A stretch of 60,553 bases of DNA, taken from assembly GCA_016787995.1 (NCBI GenBank), contig JAEUTB010000197.1, positions 1 through 60,553 on the forward strand, written 5' to 3'. The notes beneath the pieces were generated by a model. It saw only the letters and a program-made list of their open reading frames with translations, had not been told where the DNA came from and did no database searches. Shown piece by piece: positions 28,117 through 38,300 of this stretch. Numbering within the stretch: position 1 is the stretch's first letter; each line of letters opens with the position of its first letter. Source of the DNA: Flavobacteriales bacterium. GTDB lineage: Bacteria > Bacteroidota > Bacteroidia > Flavobacteriales_F > PHOS-HE28. The translations under genes were made by a program, and so were the position numbers.

Positions 28117-29124
28117 TCATTCGTGATCCCGGCCATAGCCCTTCTGGTTCTGCTCGTAGAGCTCTTGCTCGGCTTTCAGCACGGCCTTCAACGAGTCACT
28201 CACCTCCTTCTGCTCGAAGCGCTCCAGATCCGGCTGGCCCGCCACCACCCAGGCGCTGTACCAGATGTTGCCCAAGGTGAGGATGGACGCGTTCATCCGC
28301 TGTTCCACCATGCCGAGCATGGCCGCTTCGTAGGCTTCGGTGAATTCGCGGGAGTACATGCGCATGGCGCCGCGGCCACGGTCCTCGAACACGTACTTGC
28401 GGTCTTCAGGATAGCTCGCGCTTAGCCGGCGCTCGATGCCCAGTACGCTGTCCACCAACATGTGGCTGGCATAGACCGCATCCCAAGCCACATCCAGCAC
28501 GCGATCCACATACGTGGCCCGGCCCACGAGGTGGTCATAATTCTCAGCGCTGAGCTCAGGGATGCGGCTTTCCCAAAAGGCATGGATGCCATGCTGGTTG
28601 GTGAGCTGCCCGTTGTAGTTCTCGGTGGTGTGCAAGGGAACATGTGCGTCGCCCACGTAGTGCCCGATCTCCGCGCTGTTCCGCAGGATCCGGTCCACAT
28701 CCCCACGTTGGAAAGCGCTTACCAACCGGCCGAACATGACCTCGATGTGCCACGGTACGATGCCATACGCCTGCAAGGTGTCCTCGGAGAATTTGGCCAC
28801 GGCGTCGTTCCATTTTCGGGGCATGGTCTCGAACGGATCCACTCCACCGTGCGCATAGTGGTCGATGTCGATATAGTGGCGCTGCGCTTCGCCTTCCACC
28901 GCATACCGTCGCTTATCGGGGTCCACGGCATGGTCGGTGATGAAATCGATGTGCCGCTTGTAGAAGCCGAACATCTCGGGCGGCAGGGTGAAGCAGGCCG
29001 TTCGGTTGATCCGCTTGTGGCCATAGAAGCCCCACGCATAGGCCGATTCCACGGCGCGCGAGGGCCAGAGCATCACCACCGCTGTGCCGAGCAGTGCCGT
29101 AAGCAAGGCCACCTTGCGGATCAT
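28117..29124 (-). CDS. Zinc-dependent phospholipase C / S1-P1 nuclease superfamily protein
   Basis: Signal peptide, then AWGFYGHKRINR ... HAVDPDKRRY ... GDAHVPLHTTENY (His/Asp zinc-ligand pattern). Confidence 0.72.
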   Translation of the reverse strand: MIRKVALLTALLGTAVVMLWPSRAVESAYAWGFYGHKRINRTACFTLPPEMFGFYKRHIDFITDHAVDPDKRRYAVEGEAQRHYIDIDHYAHGGVDPFETMPRKWNDAVAKFSEDTLQAYGIVPWHIEVMFGRLVSAFQRGDVDRILRNSAEIGHYVGDAHVPLHTTENYNGQLTNQHGIHAFWESRIPELSAENYDHLVGRATYVDRVLDVAWDAVYASHMLVDSVLGIERRLSASYPEDRKYVFEDRGRGAMRMYSREFTEAYEAAMLGMVEQRMNASILTLGNIWYSAWVVAGQPDLERFEQKEVSDSLKAVLKAEQELYEQNQKGYGRDHE

Positions 29125-29879
29125 GGCTTCTTGGCGGTGTCCAACAACACCAGTTCACCATCGCGCAGTACCGGGATCTTGGTGCTCTGGTCCGGTGTGA
29201 GGCAATACTTCACATCGGGCAACAACTGCAGTTGTTCGATGCGCCTGCGGCGGGGTGCGGCCTTCAAGATGCCCATGTAGTTGTCGCGCGCGCTCATGTA
29301 CATGTACTTGGCGGCGATGCTGCTGTCCTCCTCCACCCCGAACTTGCCACTTTCGAGCAGCTTTTCCATGACGGCGCCAGCGAAGACGCTATCCTCCAGG
29401 TTGAATTTATCCTTCCAGCCAGAGCAAAGCAGCAGGATGTTGTCATTCTGCTGGACGAGCCAATCGCTCAGCGCGGTGAGGTTGAGGAAGGAACCGATCA
29501 CCAGCATGCGGGCGTCCTTGGCCAGATTGATGGCCTTGGTGCCGTTGGTGGTGGTCATCACGATGGTCTTGCCACGCAGGTCCTGACCCACATAGGCGAG
29601 CGGCGAATTCCCGTATTGGAAGCCGTGCACCACTTCGCCGTTGCGTTCGGCTGCGGCGATGTATCCGGAGCGGCCGATGTACTGAGCGGCTTCTTCGATG
29701 GTGGCCACAGGGATGATCCGGTCGATACCATTCTCGAAAGCCGCTACCATGGCACTGGTGGCGCGCAGCACATCGATCACCACCACGATGCCCATATCCT
29801 GCGCGTACAACGGGTACTGCCCAGGCATGAAGCACACCTCCACGCGGTACTTGTAATCGCTGTTGCGGATCTGTTCCAT
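29121..29879 (-). CDS. 2-phosphosulfolactate phosphatase (ComB) family protein
   Basis: VVIDVLRATSAMVAAF and the overall length are typical of the ComB family. Its stop overlaps the next start (ATGA). Confidence 0.82.
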   Translation of the reverse strand: MEQIRNSDYKYRVEVCFMPGQYPLYAQDMGIVVVIDVLRATSAMVAAFENGIDRIIPVATIEEAAQYIGRSGYIAAAERNGEVVHGFQYGNSPLAYVGQDLRGKTIVMTTTNGTKAINLAKDARMLVIGSFLNLTALSDWLVQQNDNILLLCSGWKDKFNLEDSVFAGAVMEKLLESGKFGVEEDSSIAAKYMYMSARDNYMGILKAAPRRRRIEQLQLLPDVKYCLTPDQSTKIPVLRDGELVLLDTAKKP

Positions 29880-30992
29880 TCAGGGCTTGCTCAGGAAAGG
29901 TAGCTTTTTGACCACACCTTTCAAAGCCTTGCCACGGATATCGACCCAAATGGGGCTCCCTTCCTGGGCCATGGCGGTCGGCACGTAGGCCATGCCGATG
30001 GGTTTCTGCAAGGTGGGGCTCATGGTGCCGCTGGTGACCTTGCCCACTACGTTCCCCTTCTCATCCAAAACCGGGTGGTCGTGCCGGGGAATACCGCGCT
30101 CCACGAGCTCGAAGCCCACCAATTTGCGCTTCGTGCCCTGCTCCTTCTGCGCTTTCAGCAAGGGTGCATCCACGAAATCCTTGGTGAACTTGGTGATCCA
30201 GCCGAGCCCTGCTTCCATCGGTGAAGTGGTGTCGTCGATGTCGTTGCCGTAGAGGCAGAAGCCCATTTCTAGCCGCAACGTGTCGCGGGAGGCGAGGCCC
30301 GCCGGTTTGATGCCGTGGGCGGCACCAGCCTCGAAGACGGCTTTCCAGGCTTTCTCCGCCAAGGGGTTGGGCATGTAGATCTCATACCCACCGGCGCCCG
30401 TGTAGCCCGTGGTGCTGATGAGCACCAGACCCACGCCCTTCATTTCGGCATACATGGCCGTGTAATACGGCATGGCTCCGATGTCTTCCTTGAATAGCCC
30501 TTTCAAGGTATCGATGGCTTTCGGACCCTGCACGGCGAGTAGCGACATGTGATCGCTGATATCCTCAAGCTGGGCATCAAAAGTGTTGTGTTGCTGGATC
30601 CAGTCCCAGTCCTTTTTGATGTTGCTCGCGTTCACGACCAGTACGTAATGGTGGTCGTCGCCATGTTCCATGCGGTACACGAGGAGGTCGTCCACGATAC
30701 CCCCCTTTCCGTTCGGCATACAGCTGTACTGCACCTTCCCGGGAGTGAGTTTGCTGGCGTCATTGCTGGTGACCTTCTGGATCAGGTCCAAGGCTCCTGG
30801 CCCGCGCACTAGGAACTCCCCCATATGGCTCACGTCGAAGACCCCGACCGCATTGCGCACGGCATGGTGTTCATCATTCACCCCCGTGTATTGCACGGGC
30901 ATGAGGTATCCTGCGAAAGGGACCATTTTAGCGCCCAGGGCTTCGTGTACATGCGCAAGTGCGGTCCGTTTCAATGCTGCTGTGGTTTCCAT
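29880..30992 (-). CDS. gcvT: Glycine cleavage system aminomethyltransferase T
   Basis: GAKMVPFAGYLMPVQY ... VFDVSHMGEF ... DTLRLE match the canonical GcvT motifs. Confidence 0.95.
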   Translation of the reverse strand: METTAALKRTALAHVHEALGAKMVPFAGYLMPVQYTGVNDEHHAVRNAVGVFDVSHMGEFLVRGPGALDLIQKVTSNDASKLTPGKVQYSCMPNGKGGIVDDLLVYRMEHGDDHHYVLVVNASNIKKDWDWIQQHNTFDAQLEDISDHMSLLAVQGPKAIDTLKGLFKEDIGAMPYYTAMYAEMKGVGLVLISTTGYTGAGGYEIYMPNPLAEKAWKAVFEAGAAHGIKPAGLASRDTLRLEMGFCLYGNDIDDTTSPMEAGLGWITKFTKDFVDAPLLKAQKEQGTKRKLVGFELVERGIPRHDHPVLDEKGNVVGKVTSGTMSPTLQKPIGMAYVPTAMAQEGSPIWVDIRGKALKGVVKKLPFLSKP

Positions 30993-31010
30993 CGGTTTGG
31001 TAGTCGTTCG

Positions 31011-32111
31011 TCAGCGCTTTGGCCGACCGTTGATCAATTCGTTGAACAGGTCCAAGTACTTGTCTCGCCAGGCCTTGACGGAATAGCGTTCCTCCACGGT
31101 GCGCCGCGCCTCAGCACCCAACCGGGCGCGAAGGTCGGCACTCTCCACCAGATCACCCAAGGCCTGCAGCCATTCGGCCTCCGATCCCGCGAGCATTCCA
31201 TTCCTGCCTTCCTGGACGATCTCCTTGTTCACCCCCACGCGCCCGAGCACGACCGCTTTCCCCATACCCATGTACTGCAACCCTTTGAAACCGCATTTTC
31301 CACGGCTCCATTCGTCGTCCGGCAAGGGCATGATGCCGATGTCGATACCTGCCAGGTCCTCGGCTTCGCTGCTGCTTTTCCAGCGGATGTTCTCCACCGG
31401 GAGGCCGGGTGCGTGGAGATCGCGATCACTGATCACCCGGAAGATGACCCGTTCGCCGCAGCGTTCGTGCAAGCGTCGAAGCATCGGCAGGGCTGGTTTC
31501 AGGTGGCCCAAGCTCGTGTAACTGCCGGTCCAGCCGATCACCACTTTACCGTCCGCTCTTGGGACAGGTCCGATCGGCACATAACGATCCGTGTCGATCA
31601 CCGTCGGGACGACCTCCACCCGCGAGTTATGGCCCCTGGCATAATCGGCCAGGTAGTTGTTACCCGCGATCACCAGATCCGCCAGCCCGATGATCTTCGC
31701 GGTCTTTCCCGGGTCCTTGAGCCACCGGAGTTTCCGATTGGCGTCGCTCACATCCATGTGCCAGATGGCATCATCGAAGTCGTAGATCACAGGAACCCCG
31801 CTGGCGGCCAGACGCTCCTCGAAACGCGTGCTGCCCGTCATGAAAGCCTCGCGTTGTACGATGATGAGGTCGAATTCACGCGCACGGCGGACCTGTTGAG
31901 CCCGACGGTTCCAGCTGCGCAGGAATATCCCGGCTTTCGCGGCCAAGCGCCCCGGTGAATAGAACGCCTGATCATCCTCCGCTCCGATCAACCAGGCGTA
32001 TTCGTGGGTGAAGCCCTTCTCCGCCCAGTAGCCGGCGAACTGCTCGAACCGGTAGCGCTGGCTCGGTGAGCGGTCCGGACGATGAGCGGCGACGAATAGG
32101 ATCCTGGGCAT
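31011..32111 (-). CDS. Glycosyltransferase family 4 (group 1)
   Basis: GT-B C-terminal domain pattern (GIMPLPDDEWSRGKCGFKGLQYMGMGKAVV ... EGRNG). ATG at 32111 (MPRILFVAA) is preferred over 32213. Confidence 0.85.
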   Translation of the reverse strand: MPRILFVAAHRPDRSPSQRYRFEQFAGYWAEKGFTHEYAWLIGAEDDQAFYSPGRLAAKAGIFLRSWNRRAQQVRRAREFDLIIVQREAFMTGSTRFEERLAASGVPVIYDFDDAIWHMDVSDANRKLRWLKDPGKTAKIIGLADLVIAGNNYLADYARGHNSRVEVVPTVIDTDRYVPIGPVPRADGKVVIGWTGSYTSLGHLKPALPMLRRLHERCGERVIFRVISDRDLHAPGLPVENIRWKSSSEAEDLAGIDIGIMPLPDDEWSRGKCGFKGLQYMGMGKAVVLGRVGVNKEIVQEGRNGMLAGSEAEWLQALGDLVESADLRARLGAEARRTVEERYSVKAWRDKYLDLFNELINGRPKR

Positions 32112-32200
32112 GGCCAACGACCACAAAGAAAGCCGGAGTATCCTTAGTCCACCGCTCCAGGCCTCATCGTCCGCGCTCCGGCTATCTTTCGCACCTCCGA

Positions 32201-34066
32201 ATGGCCAACCCACGGTTCTTCCCGCGCTGGGGCATCCTCTTGATCGATGTGGTGCTCTGCCTTCTGGCCCTCACCGCCGCGTACCTGCTCCGGTTCAACT
32301 TCCGCGTACCTGCATTGGAGGTGGACCTGTTGGTACCGGTACTTCCACTCTTCCTGGCTGTCCGTATCACTTCCTTCCTGATCGCGGGATTGCCGCGTAT
32401 GATGGTGCGCCATACGAATACCGACGATGCGCGACGGATTTTCCTGACCGTGCTTGGCGGCACCCTCGCATTCCTGGTGATCGGTGCGGTGCGATACTTC
32501 CTGTTCGACGGATACTATTTCCTGCCTACGTCCGTGATCGTGATCGACTTCATGGCCACGGTGATGCTCTTGATCGTGACGCGTATCGGTTTCAAGCTGC
32601 TGCACCTCCGCTCACGTGGGGCGGGAAAGGATGAAGTGAAGGTGGTGATCCATGGCGCTGGAGAGGCCGGCCTCATCACCAAGCGCACTTTGGAACGTGA
32701 AGGAAGCCGCCGGTATCGTGTGGAAGCCTTCGTGGATGACGATGAACGGAAGGCGGGGAAACGCCTGGAGGGAAGCCTTGTACACCACACCGATAAGCTG
32801 CCTGAACTGCTGGCATCGGCTGCGGTCAACGAGGTCATCATCGCCATTCAACGCCCCGATCCCGAGAACCGCCGCAAGGTGGTGGACGCTGCGATGGCCG
32901 CCAAGGTTCGCGTACTGACCGTGCCTCCGGTCGGTGAGTGGATCAACGGGCAGTTGAGCGCTGGCCAGATCAAGGATGTCCGCATCGAGGATCTACTGGG
33001 CAGGGCGGTGATCGATCTGGATGATGCACAGCTCCGCTCCCACTTCAAAGGAAAGCGTGTGTTGGTGACCGGGGCCGCAGGTTCCATTGGCGGAGAACTG
33101 GTGCGCCAACTCGCCCGGTTGGGTGTGGAGAGCCTTGTGCTCGTGGACATCGCGGAATCGGGTCTGTACGATGTGGAGACCGAACTCCGGGCGCAAGGCA
33201 CGAACAACCTGCACGTGCGCATAGCCGATGTGCGCGATCGTGAAGCGATGCGTTCCGTTCTCAGTGCACACCGGCCGCAAGTGGTCTTCCACGCAGCCGC
33301 GTACAAACATGTGCCCTTGATGGAGGCGCAGCCGCGCGAAGCGGTGCATACCAACGTGCAAGGCACTCGCCTGGTCGCAGAGTTGGCGTGTGACCATGGT
33401 GTGGAGCAGTTCGTTCTGGTGAGCACCGATAAGGCCGTGAACCCGACGAGTGTGATGGGGGCCAGCAAGCGCGTGGCAGAAATGGTCGTTACCAGCGTGG
33501 GTGCTACGAGACCGCGATCACCGCGGTTCATCACCACCCGGTTCGGCAACGTGCTCGGCAGCAGTGGCTCCGTGATCCCTCTCTTCCGCCGACAGATCGC
33601 TGCCGGAGGGCCCGTGACAGTGACCCATCCGGAGGTGACACGCTTCTTCATGACCATTCCCGAGGCGTGCCGCCTTGTCTTGGAAGCGGCGATCATGGGC
33701 AAGGGGGGCGAGATCTTCGTTTTCGACATGGGGCAGCCTGTCCGTATCGCCGATCTCGCGGAGAAGATGATCCGGTTGAGCGGCCTGGAGCCTGGCGTGG
33801 ATATTCAGGTAGCCTACACGGGTCTGCGCCCCGGGGAAAAGCTGTACGAAGAATTGCTGGCGACGGCGGAGAACACCTTGCCGACCCATCATCCACGGAT
33901 CCTCATCGGTCAGGTGCGCGCAACGGACCCGGCCCTGGTGTTGGCTCAGGTGGACCTCATGGCCGACCTCCAACACGATGATGAACTCGTACGCGCCATG
34001 AAACAGCTGGTGCCCGAATACCGCAGCCACAATTCGGTGTACAGTAACTTCGACCCGACCACGTAG
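32201..34066 (+). CDS. Polysaccharide biosynthesis protein, CapD/WbpM/PglF-like nucleotide-sugar 4,6-dehydratase
   Basis: Four N-terminal TM helices and two Rossmann regions (VTGAAGSIGGEL, YKHVP ... TDKAVNPTSVMGASKR). ATG at 32201 is preferred over 32066. Confidence 0.9.
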   Translation: MANPRFFPRWGILLIDVVLCLLALTAAYLLRFNFRVPALEVDLLVPVLPLFLAVRITSFLIAGLPRMMVRHTNTDDARRIFLTVLGGTLAFLVIGAVRYFLFDGYYFLPTSVIVIDFMATVMLLIVTRIGFKLLHLRSRGAGKDEVKVVIHGAGEAGLITKRTLEREGSRRYRVEAFVDDDERKAGKRLEGSLVHHTDKLPELLASAAVNEVIIAIQRPDPENRRKVVDAAMAAKVRVLTVPPVGEWINGQLSAGQIKDVRIEDLLGRAVIDLDDAQLRSHFKGKRVLVTGAAGSIGGELVRQLARLGVESLVLVDIAESGLYDVETELRAQGTNNLHVRIADVRDREAMRSVLSAHRPQVVFHAAAYKHVPLMEAQPREAVHTNVQGTRLVAELACDHGVEQFVLVSTDKAVNPTSVMGASKRVAEMVVTSVGATRPRSPRFITTRFGNVLGSSGSVIPLFRRQIAAGGPVTVTHPEVTRFFMTIPEACRLVLEAAIMGKGGEIFVFDMGQPVRIADLAEKMIRLSGLEPGVDIQVAYTGLRPGEKLYEELLATAENTLPTHHPRILIGQVRATDPALVLAQVDLMADLQHDDELVRAMKQLVPEYRSHNSVYSNFDPTT

Positions 34067-34103
34067 CAGACCTGATGCCACGGGAACACCAAGGGTAATA
34101 CAC

Positions 34104-34505
34104 ATGACACGGGATAAGAACCTGGAGATCGCCCGGTACCAGAAGGAGATCGCGGATTACATCGGCATCGGACCGGACAGTCTGGTCTTCAATTTCGACG
34201 AGAGCGGAGCGACCACAAAGCTGTTCGTGATCACCTTGAACGCAAGGCATAACCAGAGTTTCCTGTTCCACCAGACCACGGGTAGCGACAAGGTGGATGC
34301 CTTGCGCGCCATGCTGGATTATGTGAGGACCTACAAGGACCGCACCGGAAGCTATACCATCCAATGGAGCGCCCGTGGGGAAGGAAGCTTGCACACCTCG
34401 TATTTCCGCGCGAAGAACATCATGGAGGCGCTCGACAAGCTGTTCTATGATCGCGATCCGAACAGCATCACGGTATTCAGTGTGATGCTGAATCCGATCT
34501 CCTAG
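34104..34505 (+). CDS. Hypothetical protein, 133 aa
   Basis: Clean ORF with coding-like composition, lying between capD-like and thioesterase genes. No family recognised. Confidence 0.6.
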   Translation: MTRDKNLEIARYQKEIADYIGIGPDSLVFNFDESGATTKLFVITLNARHNQSFLFHQTTGSDKVDALRAMLDYVRTYKDRTGSYTIQWSARGEGSLHTSYFRAKNIMEALDKLFYDRDPNSITVFSVMLNPIS

Positions 34506-34513
34506 CCAACAGC

Positions 34514-34927
34514 ATGCTCATGGCCAGGATCCCGATACAGATCCGCTTCGCCGATGTGGACATGGCGCGCCATGTGCACAATGCGGTATACCTGCATTGG
34601 TTCGAAGCTGCTCGGATGGCCTTGCTGGAGCGGTTCATCCCGAAACAGCACGATTGGCGCACGGAAGGGTTGATCCTCGCCCGTAATGAAGTGGACTACC
34701 GCATGCCCGTTCATTTAACGGACCGGATCGAAGCCGAAGCCTGGTGCGGCACCATTGGGAACAAGAGCTTCGACCTGGTCTATGCCATCCATCGGGTCGG
34801 CGGTGAAAGCCCTGGTATCTGCGCCGAAGGACGCAGCGTGTTGGTCTGTTTCAACTACGACCGTAATTCGTCCATACCCCTGCCAGGTGTATGGCGGGTG
34901 GCCTTGGAAGAACTCATCCGCGAATGA
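34514..34927 (+). CDS. Acyl-CoA thioesterase, 4HBT/YbgC-like hotdog fold
   Basis: IQIRFADVDMARHVHNAVYLHWFEAAR matches the hotdog thioesterase N-terminal motif. Confidence 0.85.
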   Translation: MLMARIPIQIRFADVDMARHVHNAVYLHWFEAARMALLERFIPKQHDWRTEGLILARNEVDYRMPVHLTDRIEAEAWCGTIGNKSFDLVYAIHRVGGESPGICAEGRSVLVCFNYDRNSSIPLPGVWRVALEELIRE

Positions 34928-35637
34928 AGCGTCCGCTCCTCCTCCTTTCGTTCTCCCTGCTCCTCTCCTGTTCACCGCAGGATATGCAGAACGTGTTGAA
35001 CTCTTTCCCGTCCTCCGCGCCCCTCTCGAACGATGAGGTCGTTTCCGGTCTGAAGGAAGCCCTGCGCTTAGGGGCGGAACGCAGTGTGGAGAAAGCCAGC
35101 GTGGTTGAAGGTTTCTGGAACGATGCCCGCATCAGGATACCCTTCCCGCAGGAGGCCATCAAAGTGAAGAACACGTTGATGGATCTTGGCATCAAGAAAC
35201 CCGTGGAGGACTTCGAACGCACATTGAACAAGGCAGCGGAACAAGCAGCCAAGGAGGCTGTGCCCGTGTTCGTCGATGCCATTACCAGCATGAGCATCCA
35301 GGATGGCTTCAACCTGCTGCGCGGTGGCGAGAACGCTGCTACCGAATTCCTTCGAGAGAAGACCAGTGATGCCTTACGCACCAAATTCGCACCAGTGGTG
35401 GCCAGCGCCACCCAAGAAGTAGCGTTGACGAGCTATTGGACGCCGGTGGCGAACGCCTACAATACGGCGTCCATCCTCACCGGTGGTAAAGCGGTGGATC
35501 CAGACCTGAACGCCTACGTAACCACCAAGGCCATGGACGGTCTTTTTCTGCTGTTGGCCGAGGAGGAGAAGAGGATACGACAAGACCCGGCCGCACGCGC
35601 CACTGCGCTCTTGCAGCGGGTATTCGCTCAACAGTAG
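34924..35637 (+). CDS. DUF4197 family lipoprotein
   Basis: Lipobox LLLSC. SNDEVVSGLKEALRLG and the periodic helical pattern resemble DUF4197. ATGA overlap with the preceding stop. Confidence 0.75.
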   Translation: MKRPLLLLSFSLLLSCSPQDMQNVLNSFPSSAPLSNDEVVSGLKEALRLGAERSVEKASVVEGFWNDARIRIPFPQEAIKVKNTLMDLGIKKPVEDFERTLNKAAEQAAKEAVPVFVDAITSMSIQDGFNLLRGGENAATEFLREKTSDALRTKFAPVVASATQEVALTSYWTPVANAYNTASILTGGKAVDPDLNAYVTTKAMDGLFLLLAEEEKRIRQDPAARATALLQRVFAQQ

Positions 35638-35691
35638 TTCCACGGCGGCCGGTCAGGGGTCGCTAACCGCATTCTCTCCTTCCTTTGCACC

Positions 35692-36594
35692 ATGCATCCG
35701 ATCACCCTTACACCTCCCGGCACCATCATTCCGCCCAGCGAGCTGATCCTGAATCCCGATGGTTCGGTCTACCACATCGCGTTACGTCCAGAGCAGTTGG
35801 GTGATATCGTACTGGTGGTGGGTGATCAGGGGCGCGTGGAACTCATCAGTCGCCACTTCAGCAGGATCGAGCACAAGGTGCAGAACCGCGAATTCGTGGG
35901 GCATACCGGTGAGTACAACGGTGTGCGGATCACCGCGCTGAGCACCGGGATCGGCACGGACAACATCGATATCGTGGTGAACGAGCTGGATGCCCTGGTG
36001 AATATCGATCTGCAGCAGCGCACACCCAGGGAGAAGACCCGCTCCTTGAAGATCATCCGCCTGGGCACTTGCGGGGCTTTGCAAGAGGATATCCCCGTTG
36101 ATACCCGCATCGTGAGCGCTTACGGCGTTGGGCTGGACAACGTGCTGCACTACTACGCCTACGAATACACCGATGCGGAACTCCGTTTGCTAAACGCACT
36201 ATTGCAACAGACGGAATGGCCGGACAACCTTCCGGTGCCTTACGTGGCCGCTGGTGACAAGGACCTCATCGCCCTGCTGGGACACGGCAACGTCACCGGC
36301 GTGACGTTCACCAGCGGCGGTTTCTACGCACCCCAAGGAAGGCAGCTACGTGGCATCCCGAGTGTGGACGGCTTGAACGAACGGTTCACGGCCTTTGAGC
36401 ACGAAGGGTTGCGTGGCACCAACTTCGAAATGGAGACCAGCGCCCTTTATGGACTAGGCGGATTGTTAGGGCACCGCTGTGCGACCGTTTGCACCGTAGT
36501 GGCCAACCGCCTGCGCAAGGAATACAGCAAGGATCACCACAGCGCCATCGATCGGATGATCGCGGAGGTGCTGGACCGGGTCACGGCCGTCTAA
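35692..36594 (+). CDS. Nucleoside phosphorylase (PNP/UDP family, uridine phosphorylase-like)
   Basis: LSTGIGTDNIDIVVNEL ... RLGTCGAL ... NFEMETSALYGL. Confidence 0.85.
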   Translation: MHPITLTPPGTIIPPSELILNPDGSVYHIALRPEQLGDIVLVVGDQGRVELISRHFSRIEHKVQNREFVGHTGEYNGVRITALSTGIGTDNIDIVVNELDALVNIDLQQRTPREKTRSLKIIRLGTCGALQEDIPVDTRIVSAYGVGLDNVLHYYAYEYTDAELRLLNALLQQTEWPDNLPVPYVAAGDKDLIALLGHGNVTGVTFTSGGFYAPQGRQLRGIPSVDGLNERFTAFEHEGLRGTNFEMETSALYGLGGLLGHRCATVCTVVANRLRKEYSKDHHSAIDRMIAEVLDRVTAV

Positions 36595-36673
36595 AAGACC
36601 AACCGAAAGTTCCGATCGACAGGTCGCCCTGTGCTAAGGAGCGTGCAACGACAACGTCTCCAGCACTTTCCGT

Positions 36674-37141
36674 CTATGGCCTGAATGAGATCGGAAGGGT
36701 GTAGAGGACACGCGCCGGAACATCTTTCATGTAGCACCCCGGTATCCACTTCGGCATGGCGTTCACCACGCGGATAGCCTCCTTATCGAGGGTGGAGTGG
36801 ATGCCGTTCACCACCTTCACACTGGAGCGACTTCCATCGGGTTCTACCACGAAGGAAACCACCACCTTACCATGCAGGTTCTCGCTTCTGGCGGCTTCAG
36901 GGTAGGTCAGGTTCTCGCTGATGAAGGCCATCATCGCCTCCTGCCCTCCCGGGAATTCAGGCATTTGGGCCACCACGGTATGGATGTGCTTCGGATCCTT
37001 CAACGAGGGGTCTTCCGCCGGGACCGCAGGCGCTGAAGCTGCACCGGAAGGAGCCGCATCAGATTGTGCATGTAGCGGTGTCGCTGCAGAGAGCACAGTG
37101 ATGAGACCAAGAATGACGAGGTGGAGTTGCTGACGTTGCAT
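36674..37141 (-). CDS. TonB family protein (C-terminal domain)
   Basis: Signal/anchor segment and Pro/Ala linker, then PEFPGGQEAMMAFISENLTYPEAARSENLHGKVVVSFVVEPDG. Confidence 0.85.
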   Translation of the reverse strand: MQRQQLHLVILGLITVLSAATPLHAQSDAAPSGAASAPAVPAEDPSLKDPKHIHTVVAQMPEFPGGQEAMMAFISENLTYPEAARSENLHGKVVVSFVVEPDGSRSSVKVVNGIHSTLDKEAIRVVNAMPKWIPGCYMKDVPARVLYTLPISFRP

Positions 37142-37327
37142 GGGGTTAAATTAAGCGCACTCGACCCTATCCGCAAAAAAGAGGCTTCCACTGGAGCGGT
37201 CGTTCACGACCCTTTGTCGAAAGCCTTCAACCCATAGCAGTTGAAACAAGACTTCTTCACCCTGTTCGAACCGTTAGTTGCGCCCGATACATTCGCCGCG
37301 ACCATCGTGCAGAATGGTCGAATTCCT

Positions 37328-38221
37328 ATGAGTGAAACCGAGATCCGAGCCTTGATCACACTCATCGAAGATCCCGATGAAACGGTCTATCATCAGGTCC
37401 GGGATCGGATCGTCTCCCTTGGCGATCATGTGGTGCCCGTGTTAGAGCGAGCCTGGGAGTATGACGACCTCGGAGACCTGTTCCGGAACCGCATCGAGGA
37501 CATCCTACAGACCATCCACCTCGGTGCGGTGACCGACCGGCTCAAAGCCTGGAAGGCCAGCGGTGGTGAGGACCTGCTCGAAGGGGCCCTCATCATCAGC
37601 CGGTATCGTTACCCTGACATGGATGAACAAAAGGTGAAGGCTCGGCTCGCCTCCATCCGACAGGATATCTGGCTGGAGTTGAACGACCACCTTACCGCGT
37701 TCGAGAAGGTGCGTGTGTTCAACCATATCTTCTTCCAGGTGCATGGCTTCAAAGGGAATAAGCGGAACTACCATGCCCCGCAGAATTCCTACATCAACGA
37801 GGTGCTCGATACCCGCTCAGGTAATCCGCTTTCGCTGGCGATCATCTACCAAGTGCTCGCAGAGGACCTTGGACTCCCCATGCGGGGCGTGAACCTCCCC
37901 AACCACTTCGTGCTCGCCTACCTGGATGAGGACAGCATCGGGGGCGCGGACAGCGGGCAGCAAGCAGAAGAGAGCGTGTTGTTCTACGTGAATGCCTTCA
38001 GCCAGGGCGATATCCTGGGCCGGAACGAGATCAACGAATTCCTGGAGAAACTGAAGATCGAGCCGAGACCCTCCTTCTATAGCCCCTGTACGAACCTGGA
38101 CATCATTCGTCGGCAGTTGAACAACCTGGCCAACAGCTACGAAAAGCTGGGCGACAGTGAACGAAGCGGGGATCTGGAGCGCTTGCGGGATATCCTCGGA
38201 AAGAACGAGGACTTGGTTTGA
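37328..38221 (+). CDS. Transglutaminase-like / SirB1-type protein with C-terminal TPR-like region
   Basis: FFQVHGFKGNKRNYHAPQNSYINEVLDTRSGNPLSLAIIY matches the SirB1 N-terminal (transglutaminase-like) family. ATG at 37328 is preferred over TTG at 37241. Confidence 0.78.
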   Translation: MSETEIRALITLIEDPDETVYHQVRDRIVSLGDHVVPVLERAWEYDDLGDLFRNRIEDILQTIHLGAVTDRLKAWKASGGEDLLEGALIISRYRYPDMDEQKVKARLASIRQDIWLELNDHLTAFEKVRVFNHIFFQVHGFKGNKRNYHAPQNSYINEVLDTRSGNPLSLAIIYQVLAEDLGLPMRGVNLPNHFVLAYLDEDSIGGADSGQQAEESVLFYVNAFSQGDILGRNEINEFLEKLKIEPRPSFYSPCTNLDIIRRQLNNLANSYEKLGDSERSGDLERLRDILGKNEDLV

Positions 38222-38268
38222 GCTTATGGCTCCTTGGAGTCGCGATCCTCACTAGTACTGAAAAGGTC

Positions 38269-38300
38269 GACCCCGGCACCAAGGCGGCGGCACCGGGGTC
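38269..38300. terminator. GC-rich hairpin, putative terminator
   Basis: gaccccgg-(16 nt)-ccggggtc. On the minus strand it is followed by gaccttttc. It lies 48 nt after the stop at 38221. Confidence 0.4.

Noticed and set aside
30825-31958. 377-aa plus-strand ORF
   Set aside because: It is antisense to gcvT and the GT4 gene, both strongly supported, and it bridges their intergenic region, which a real gene would be unlikely to do.
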